Positions 9,105 through 16,319 of a stretch of 64,000 bases of DNA are shown one piece after another (position 1 is the stretch's first letter; each line of letters starts with the position of its first letter). This DNA comes from Alphaproteobacteria bacterium (GTDB lineage Bacteria > Pseudomonadota > Alphaproteobacteria > Bin95), in the NCBI GenBank assembly GCA_963665325.3, contig CAXXWS020000004.1, forward strand, positions 1 to 64,000, written 5' to 3'. The notes below the pieces were generated by a model. The model ran no database searches, was not told where the DNA came from, and was given only the letters and a program-made list of their open reading frames with translations. Made by a program: the position numbers and the translations under genes.

Positions 9105-9619
9105 ACCGCAGCGCCTCGCGGGCCGCGTCGTCATCCCGGCATCGGGACGGCGGCGCGGCCCGTTTCGTTTCGACCGACAGTGCTGCGGCGGCGCCATCCT
9201 CGCGCGCGCTTCGCGCCGCGCTCGCCATCGCCGACGGTCGTTGCGACCGTCGCGACGATCATCATGGCAATCGTCATGGTCGCCATCCCCGGCAGGGTGC
9301 TTCGCACCACTGCCGTCGTCGCCGTCGGCGGTGCCGATCGCCGAACCGATCGCCTGCCGATGCACTTGTGCGCGCCCGCTGTTGCGCCCGGCGCGCACCA
9401 CCGCCCGCAGAGCGCGCGGCAATTCCGCCGGTGCTCGTGACGGCGACCGCGCCGCGCCCGCCGTCACTTCGCTCGACACCGCGTCCCTTCGCGGTGTCCG
9501 CACCAGCGGCCACTCAAGCGCCGCGGTGGCTCCCCTCCGCCGGGTTCCCCGGCGTTGATTCCCCCATCGAAATTTCAGCGCCGATTGGCCCTCCGACCGG
9601 CCTTGGCCGGCGGTAAATT

Positions 9620-9643
9620 CCACACCCCACGCATCGGTGATGC
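9620..9643 (-). other. oriT: oriT nick site (MOBF, F-plasmid-like)
   Basis: Minus strand reads GCATC-ACC-GATGCGTGGGGTGT^GG. The 14-mer TGCGTGGGGTGTGG is identical to the F nic core, and the adjacent short inverted repeat ends in TGC as in F. Predicted nick between 9622 and 9621. Confidence 0.8.
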
Positions 9644-9736
9644 CCGTGGCGCATGCGCGCGCAGGGCCCACCTTTTCAATGACTTGGGGGAACTTTGGGC
9701 GCCTTCGGGCGTCCTGTTCTTGTTTGACGGAGTCGC

Positions 9737-9925
9737 TTCTCTGGAGAACCGCGGGGGTTCTCTGGAGAACCGTGACCAAGCCGCTGAAATCGCTGATGTT
9801 TTTTCCTCGCGCTTCTCTGGAGAAGCGCCCCGGCCGACCGAGGGTTCTCCGGAGAACCGCGGAATCCGGCCAAAAGTTCCCTGGAGAACCGTCCAGATCG
9901 CCCGGAAATTCTCTGGAGAACCGCG
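9737..9925. repeat. Six copies of palindromic box TTCTC(T/C)GGAGAA
   Basis: Copies at about 9737, 9758, 9813, 9845, 9877 (TTCCCTGGAGAA) and 9909. Several extend to longer palindromes, e.g. GCGCTTCTC-TG-GAGAAGCGC and GGTTCTCCGGAGAACC. Confidence 0.9.
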
Positions 9926-10012
9926 CCTTCCGGCCCATTGCCGCCGCCTGAATCGTGCCGTCGCGCGCCCGGGCCGGGCCTTCCCGCAGTCCGGCCAGGC
10001 GCGCTGCGGGCG

Positions 10013-10369
10013 TTACTCCGGGCCCTCGCCCAGCAGCTCTTTCTGAAACGCCCGGGCCTCCGCGACCAGCTCGTCCAGCTCCTCTTCGCGGCCCTCGTCG
10101 AGCATGTCGGTGCGCATTTTCGTCACCATGATATGCGCCGCGCGGAAGGCCCTCTCGATCAGCGGGGCGAGACGGTCCCGGGCCGCACCCCCGTCGGCCA
10201 TCGCTTCAAGGGCTGCGAAGCGCACGAACTCGGGCCCCGTGAGGCCGCGCTCGTCGGCATGGACCTCGATCCGGTCCCACTCCGCGTCGAGGAACCGGAT
10301 CGAATGCGGGCTGCGTTTCTCCGCCTTGCCGGCTTCGACCGGCTCCGTTTTCTGGATTTCGCCGTCCAT
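10013..10369 (-). CDS. Ribbon-helix-helix protein, putative relaxosome accessory factor
   Basis: SPHSIRFLDAEWDRIEVHADERGLTGPEFVRFAAL fits the RHH pattern. Lies between the relaxase and oriT. Confidence 0.7.
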   Translation of the reverse strand: MDGEIQKTEPVEAGKAEKRSPHSIRFLDAEWDRIEVHADERGLTGPEFVRFAALEAMADGGAARDRLAPLIERAFRAAHIMVTKMRTDMLDEGREEELDELVAEARAFQKELLGEGPE

Positions 10370-10429
10370 TTCACCCGTTCTCCCTCATCCGTTTCGTCTT
10401 CGCACGCACCCGCAACAGCGCCGGTTGCG

Positions 10430-13400
10430 TCAGAGGCCGAGGTCCATTTCGCCCTTTCCGCGCCCGCGCGACGGCGGTTCCGGTGTCTTCTCGGGGGATT
10501 TTTCCGCCTGCCGGCCCTTCCCGATGCCGTCCCCGGCGCCGCGTTGCGGCCGCGACGGGCCCTCCGGCGCGGGCTTTTGCCGATCTTTCGCAGTCTTCGC
10601 GGACGGGTCTTCCGCCTTGTCGCCGCTCTTTTCCGGTTGCCGCTCGGGCTGTCGGCCCTCCGCGCGGACACCGTCCGCGGCCTTGCCGGGCTTTTCCCGC
10701 ACCATCCCGCCGATGGCTTCGAGCGCGGCGATGCGCTCGCCCGTGACCGCCTCCAGCTGTTCGCGCAGCGCCTTCGCATCGTCGGTGACCAGCTCGGCCC
10801 GGTCGCGGGCGCGGGATATCTCGACATAGAAGCTCTTCTGCGTGGTGAGATGTTTGTGCCGGGCCTCCATCGCCGCGATCACCCTGTCCACGGTGCGGCC
10901 CTGGAAGGCGTGCACGGTCGAGGCCCAGGCATGATCGAGATGTCTGAGCTGCGGGTCGTTCGCCCCGAGTTCGAGCGTCTTGCCGTCCTCCAGGCGGAAG
11001 GTCACGCGCTCGCCCTTCACCGCAACCACCTCGGCGGTGCGGCTGTTGACGAGGCCGAGGCCGGCATCGTTGCGGGTCCAGCGGATGCGGTCGCCGGCCC
11101 GGAGCTGGATATCCTCGACCTTGTAGACCTCGCTGCCGCCCCGGCGCCCGCCGATCTGTTGCGGCTTCCAGGCGACGGACCCGCCCCTGCCATCGTCGAG
11201 CAGCACTTCGCGGGACTTGTAATCGACCCCGATCACCGTCCGCTCGTTCCCTTTCTCGACGCCGATCCGCTTGTACGGGCGGTGGAACGCGACCACGTCT
11301 CCGGGACCGTAGTTGTCCGCGAGCGCCTTCTCGGCATTGGTGTAGCCCTTCGAGACCAGCCGCTCGGACTCCATGGCGGGCCCGTGGATGCGGCCCTCGC
11401 GGGCGAGCCGCTCGCGGATATGGCCATTGATCTGCTGGCGGAGCTCGTGGGAAGGCGCCATCACGCCGGTGTTCTCGCGCTCCTCCCGCGAGAGCCGGAG
11501 CCATCTTGCGGCGACCGCGCCGGCGATATTGTCGGGCTTCACCTCCGCGACATTGTCCCCGAGCCTGTCGAAGGCCCTGCCGATCTCGCCCGCGAGGCTC
11601 GCTTCCACCGCCTCCTTCAGGGCGGGATCGCGCTGGCGCATGATCTCGTCCATGACCGCGGTCTTCATGCCGGCGGCCTGGAGCTGGGCGAAGGGCTTGC
11701 CGGCATCGACCGCGGCGAGCTGCTTCGCGTCTCCCACCAGCACCACACGGGGAATGCGCAGCGCGTTGGCGACCCGGAGCAGGTCGCGGGCCTGCACGGT
11801 GGAGGCGAGCGAGCCCTCGTCGACCACCAGGATGGTCTTCGCGAACGCCGCGCGCATCTCCCTGGCGCCCTTCTTCGTCAATCTGCCTTCGGCGACGCCG
11901 GCATTGCGGGCGAGGAAGCGCTGCAGGGTCTCGGTCGCGATGCCGGCTTCCGAGGCCAGCGTCTCGGCCGCCGAGGCGGACGGCGCGAGCCCCGTCATGC
12001 GCCAGCCCTTCTTCTCCGCCAGCGTTCGGGCCCGGTTCAGCATGGTGGTCTTGCCGGTGCCGGCATAGCCCTGGACGCCGACGGTGCGATCCTTCGCCGA
12101 CAGGATCGTCTTCACCGCGTCCTTCTGCCCGGCCGTGAGCGGTCCCCGGCTGAGATGCCCCTGCACCTGCCAGCCGCGCATGACCGTCCGCCCGCGGCCC
12201 TCGCCGGCACGCATCGACGCCACGGTCTCGCGCTCCTCGGCCACCGTGCGGTCGAGGCTGAGCGAATCCTCCGCGCCGGGCAGGTCGACGGCATGCAGCG
12301 CGCTGGCCTTCTCCAGGGCGGCGACCTCGCGCTCGGCCTCGGAGATCGTGACCGCGCCCGGCGCATGGGCGAGGATGGCGGCGAAGAGATCGCTGCGCGA
12401 GAATACCGCCTGGCGCTCCGAGAGATGCGCCAGCGCCCAGGCGACGGCCTCCGACGCGGGCGACGGAGGCGCGGCTTCGGGCGATAACTCGCGCTCGGGT
12501 GCTTGCCCCGGTCCGTCGAGCGGCAGGTCGGCCTGCCGCATTGCACCGGCAGTCTTGCCCGAAACGACCGACTGCGGCGTGCCGCCGATGTCATGCTGCC
12601 GGGCTCGATCCGCCGCTTCCCGAACCGGCGCAGCGGTCTTCTCTACGGCCTCCGCAACCAGCGTCTTCGTATCGAGGCCGAGATCGGCGGCCTGGTTTGC
12701 CCACACGTCGCGCAGCTCCGCCCGGTCGATGTCGCGCTTCGCGGCCCGCGTCATCAGCGCCGCGCGCTCGGCGAGGCGCGGATTGTCGGCGGAACTGCCG
12801 AGACCGCGCTCCGCCATCGCCGCCTCGATCTCCGCGCGCCGGGTCGAGAAGGCCGCAATCGCCTCGCGCGGCACGCCGGCGATCTCGAACCTGCCGTCGG
12901 CATGGCTCTTCTCGATGCCGTAGCCGAGCCTCGCCAGGCCGGCCGCCAGCTCGTTGCGATAGAGCATGCCGATCAGCTTCTGCTTTTCATAAAGCCCCTC
13001 ATTGGCCATCGAGCGCCACTTGCCGTCTTCGCCCTGCACCATGTTGGCGAGCACGGCATGGGTGTGCAGCTGCGGATCGAGATTGCGCGAGGTGTCATGC
13101 CGGAACGCCGCCGCCACGATCTTCTGGTTGCCGGTGCGGGCGATCTGTCCGGTTTGACCGTCTTTCATCCTCGTCTCGGCGGCGTGATGCTCTACCCAGG
13201 CGAGCGTCGCCGCGACGGCGCGGTCATGCGCCTCGACGATGCGGTCGTCGCCGCCGACCAGGGCTGCGATGGACACGGACTTGGGCGCGCTGAAGGTCAG
13301 GTCGCGGCCGGGCCGATGCAGGACCTCGCCGTCCTTGCCGCGCCGCCCGAGCTGCCGCCCGGAGCCGTCCGGCACCCGGCCTTCGAGAACGGCGCGGAAG

Positions 13401-13561
13401 GTGTCGGGATCGACCGGCCCCTTCAGGCCAAGCTCGTCCGCGCCCCGGCCCACCCAGGCGCTGCCTTCCCTGTGCTCGTCGGAGTCCTTCGCATAGTAGC
13501 CGTCGCGCTCGTAATAGGACGCGCCCTGCGACGCCGAGGACAATGCGCCGATCGACAGCAC
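10430..13561 (-). CDS. traI: MOBF (TrwC/TraI-like) relaxase-helicase
   Basis: N-terminal YY-x4-YY, DLTFSAPKSVS and HUH motif HDTSRNLDPQLHTH. Helicase motifs GYAGTGKT, VVDEGS and TVHAFQG. Confidence 0.97.
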   Translation of the reverse strand: MLSIGALSSASQGASYYERDGYYAKDSDEHREGSAWVGRGADELGLKGPVDPDTFRAVLEGRVPDGSGRQLGRRGKDGEVLHRPGRDLTFSAPKSVSIAALVGGDDRIVEAHDRAVAATLAWVEHHAAETRMKDGQTGQIARTGNQKIVAAAFRHDTSRNLDPQLHTHAVLANMVQGEDGKWRSMANEGLYEKQKLIGMLYRNELAAGLARLGYGIEKSHADGRFEIAGVPREAIAAFSTRRAEIEAAMAERGLGSSADNPRLAERAALMTRAAKRDIDRAELRDVWANQAADLGLDTKTLVAEAVEKTAAPVREAADRARQHDIGGTPQSVVSGKTAGAMRQADLPLDGPGQAPERELSPEAAPPSPASEAVAWALAHLSERQAVFSRSDLFAAILAHAPGAVTISEAEREVAALEKASALHAVDLPGAEDSLSLDRTVAEERETVASMRAGEGRGRTVMRGWQVQGHLSRGPLTAGQKDAVKTILSAKDRTVGVQGYAGTGKTTMLNRARTLAEKKGWRMTGLAPSASAAETLASEAGIATETLQRFLARNAGVAEGRLTKKGAREMRAAFAKTILVVDEGSLASTVQARDLLRVANALRIPRVVLVGDAKQLAAVDAGKPFAQLQAAGMKTAVMDEIMRQRDPALKEAVEASLAGEIGRAFDRLGDNVAEVKPDNIAGAVAARWLRLSREERENTGVMAPSHELRQQINGHIRERLAREGRIHGPAMESERLVSKGYTNAEKALADNYGPGDVVAFHRPYKRIGVEKGNERTVIGVDYKSREVLLDDGRGGSVAWKPQQIGGRRGGSEVYKVEDIQLRAGDRIRWTRNDAGLGLVNSRTAEVVAVKGERVTFRLEDGKTLELGANDPQLRHLDHAWASTVHAFQGRTVDRVIAAMEARHKHLTTQKSFYVEISRARDRAELVTDDAKALREQLEAVTGERIAALEAIGGMVREKPGKAADGVRAEGRQPERQPEKSGDKAEDPSAKTAKDRQKPAPEGPSRPQRGAGDGIGKGRQAEKSPEKTPEPPSRGRGKGEMDLGL

Positions 13562-13564
13562 GGG

Positions 13565-15817
13565 TCAGAACCAGTCGGGCGTTGCGGAAGCTTCCCTGGA
13601 CCCTGCGCTTTCATTGGTACGGGCGCTATTCTGCGGCTCCGATCCGGCCTCCGCCTCGCCGGCATCGGGAGCAGGGACAGCGGTTTCGTCCGGTTTCGGT
13701 GCCGCTTCCGAGGGCTGGGCCACGGTTTCACCGTCATGATCTTCGCCGCGGCGATCCTCGATGTCGCAGTCTGTTTTCGCCTGAGCGTCGGTTTCCGCCG
13801 GCGATTCATCCGGTTCGTCCCGGAGGGACGCGGGCTCCGGTTGCGCATTCTCCGTCTTGGGCTCGTCGTCCTTGCAATGGCTGTTCCCATTGCCGACGGC
13901 CGCATCCTCGCCGCCATCACGGCATGACGATGCGATGCCCGTCTCCGCCGCCACCGTCTCTCCCGGCAGCGGGATCGGGTCCAGCTCGCCCTGCCGGAAC
14001 GCCGGCCCGGCAGTCCCCGGCACGTCTTCGAGCAGCTCTTCAACGGCCGCTTCCCGAGTACTTTCGGCTCCTTCCTTTCGCGGCACGAACCGCTCGGCCG
14101 ATGCGGCGCGTTGGATATAACGGAGCCGTATGGAGGCGACCGGGAAGGGGCCGGGGAACTTGAGATAGCCTTCCAGGTTGGGCAGCCGCATGATCTCCGA
14201 GGGCAGCGCCAGGGCCCGCAGCTCGCGTCTCGGCGTCAGGCTCACCCCGTCGCGGATGGTGTTGGCGCCGTAGGAGTAGCCCTCGGCCACCTCCTCGACC
14301 TCGCTTCGGCCGAGGCTGTCGGCCGACCACTGCGCCGTGTCGCGGTCGGGCGCGGCCAGCACCACCCGCGTGCCGCAGAGGCCCGATATCGTCTCCGCGC
14401 CGTTCCGGCCGTAGAGGTCGCGCAGCGCCGAGGCGACCTGCACGCCGAGCACGAAGCAGCCGCCGAACTGCCGGGACTCCGCGAGGCCGGGCTGCAAGGA
14501 CGGCACCTGGTGCAGCGTCGGCAGCTCGTCGAGGATCACCCAGATGCGCCGCCCGTCGCTTTGGGCGAGCGACAGCATGGCGTTGACCGCGATCTCCAGC
14601 CAGGTCGAGATCAGCCCCCTGAGGCTGGCATGCTGGTCGCCGCGCGAGGTGAGGAACAGGAACCCGTCCTGCCGCTCCCGGGAGATCCATTCCCGGATCG
14701 AGAACGGTTTTCCCTCGTCGGGCAGGAACTCGAAGGCGGCGAGATTGGCGGTCAGCATGGCGCGCACGCTGAGCGCCGTTTTCGGGTTCTCGGGATCGAC
14801 GATCGACTGCGCGACCGTGCCCTCCATCGCCTGGGCGAGCGCCGTAAGATCGGTCTTCAGCAGATGCTCGACCAGCACCCGGTTTTGCGTGACGCCCTTC
14901 TCGCGCAGCACGCCCGCGCCGTTGGCGAAGAGCTGGCGGGCGGCGGTGACCCAGAACGGATCGACGGTGTCCTTCTGCTGCGGGATCAATGCCGCGGCCA
15001 TCATGTCGAAGTCGCGGGGACCCCTTGCCTCCAGGAAGGGCGACCAGCGGGGCGCCCTGGCATCGAGCGGGTTCATCAGCACGTCGCGGGCCGGATCGAA
15101 GAAGGTCGCGGTGTAGGAGCCCATCTTGTCGTAGATCACGCAGCGCTCGCCGCGGGCGCGGATCTGGGCCACCAGGTCGGAGATCAGCACAGTCTTGCCC
15201 GAGCCCGTGGTGCCGGAGACGATCGTGTGCTGGGTCTCGGTCCTCTCCGGATACGGGATGCCGGCAATGCGGTACGGCCGGAGCCTCTTCCCGCCCGGCG
15301 CGCGGTCGAGCAGGCGCAGAGGGAGGGGCCGCACCCGGCGATGCAGTTCGGAAGCGGTGACGAGTTCGGCGCCCCTGATGCGCTTCTGCCGCCCGAGCTG
15401 CACGCCGCGATACCAGAAGACGGCGAGGAAGAGCGCGATCAGCCCGGCGCCGGTCTTGAGGCCCAGCCAGGCGCTGGCGAACGTCTCCGCCTTGATCCGC
15501 TCGCGCGCCTCGAGCGCGGGCGCCGAGGCGGCGATGTCGCGGATCCGGAGCGTCCGGCGCGTGCCGTCGGCGAAGCGTATTTCCTGGCCCGAGTCCGGTG
15601 CGTAGCCGAGCGCGAGCTTGGTCTCGGCCAATGTCGCCATGCCGGCGGCGTACCACTCCGCGCCCGAGGTCGAATGCCAGAGGTTCCAGGCCGGCACCGC
15701 GACCGTGGTGAAGGCGGCGAACAGCAGCGCGGCCTGGAACAGCTGGCCCCACATGCGGATGCCGTGGAAGACGGTCTGGCCGCCCCGGAGCGTCGAGCCG
15801 CCGACGCCCCGGATCAT
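13565..15817 (-). CDS. traD: F-type type IV coupling protein
   Basis: Two N-terminal TMs, Walker A GTTGSGKT, ILDELPTL, and a long acidic C-terminal tail ending PDWF. Start at ATG 15817 (MIRGVGG). Confidence 0.93.
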   Translation of the reverse strand: MIRGVGGSTLRGGQTVFHGIRMWGQLFQAALLFAAFTTVAVPAWNLWHSTSGAEWYAAGMATLAETKLALGYAPDSGQEIRFADGTRRTLRIRDIAASAPALEARERIKAETFASAWLGLKTGAGLIALFLAVFWYRGVQLGRQKRIRGAELVTASELHRRVRPLPLRLLDRAPGGKRLRPYRIAGIPYPERTETQHTIVSGTTGSGKTVLISDLVAQIRARGERCVIYDKMGSYTATFFDPARDVLMNPLDARAPRWSPFLEARGPRDFDMMAAALIPQQKDTVDPFWVTAARQLFANGAGVLREKGVTQNRVLVEHLLKTDLTALAQAMEGTVAQSIVDPENPKTALSVRAMLTANLAAFEFLPDEGKPFSIREWISRERQDGFLFLTSRGDQHASLRGLISTWLEIAVNAMLSLAQSDGRRIWVILDELPTLHQVPSLQPGLAESRQFGGCFVLGVQVASALRDLYGRNGAETISGLCGTRVVLAAPDRDTAQWSADSLGRSEVEEVAEGYSYGANTIRDGVSLTPRRELRALALPSEIMRLPNLEGYLKFPGPFPVASIRLRYIQRAASAERFVPRKEGAESTREAAVEELLEDVPGTAGPAFRQGELDPIPLPGETVAAETGIASSCRDGGEDAAVGNGNSHCKDDEPKTENAQPEPASLRDEPDESPAETDAQAKTDCDIEDRRGEDHDGETVAQPSEAAPKPDETAVPAPDAGEAEAGSEPQNSARTNESAGSREASATPDWF

Positions 15818-15939
15818 CGCCGCAGCGCGGGCCGCGCCGCAAGGAGCCGGAGGCCGGCGGAGGGCGGGGCGAAGGCGGCGGGGCCGAAGGGAGGCTTCGG
15901 GAATTCTCCTTGCCCGTCCCGGCGGTATGATCGGAGACC

Positions 15940-16305
15940 ATGGACATGACACAAACGCACAATCGGCGGGGCAGCGGCGCCGATGCGCCCCGGACCACCT
16001 GGATCGAGCGCCTCATCGTGCTCGGCGGGTTCGCCGTCGCGGCGCTCTACACGCCGGTCGCCGCAATCCTCGGAACCGGTATGGAGTCCATCGGCCCGCT
16101 CTGGCTGGCGGCCGTCGTCTGGACCGTGCCGTCCTCTCTCGCCGTGGCGCTGCGGCGCGGCTTCGTCCACCGTGACTGGTCGGCCTTCGGCGATTACGAG
16201 CTGCCGGACGGTAGCGAGGAGAGATTCGACTGGGATACTCGTTCCGGCCGGTATGCCTACAAGCGCATTGCCGAGGAACAGGAAAGACTCCTGCTCGGGA
16301 ACTGA
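15940..16305 (+). CDS. Small inner-membrane protein convergent on traG, putative entry exclusion (Eex-like)
   Basis: Two hydrophobic segments then a charged C-terminus; GGAG RBS. It is the only + strand gene in the tra block and ends 15 bp from the traG stop. Confidence 0.6.
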   Translation: MDMTQTHNRRGSGADAPRTTWIERLIVLGGFAVAALYTPVAAILGTGMESIGPLWLAAVVWTVPSSLAVALRRGFVHRDWSAFGDYELPDGSEERFDWDTRSGRYAYKRIAEEQERLLLGN

Positions 16306-16319
16306 AGGCGTCATTGCCG

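Noticed and set aside
9737-9925. Palindromic boxes as plasmid replication iterons
   Set aside because: No Rep or ParAB gene is visible, and the position beside nic and an RHH gene fits relaxosome sites better. Not fully excluded.
9938-12487. Long + strand ORFs antisense to traI (and similar ones opposite traD, traG, traC, the adhesin and nrdA)
   Set aside because: Shadow ORFs expected in high-GC DNA, with no recognisable motifs, while the opposite strand has clear family signatures.
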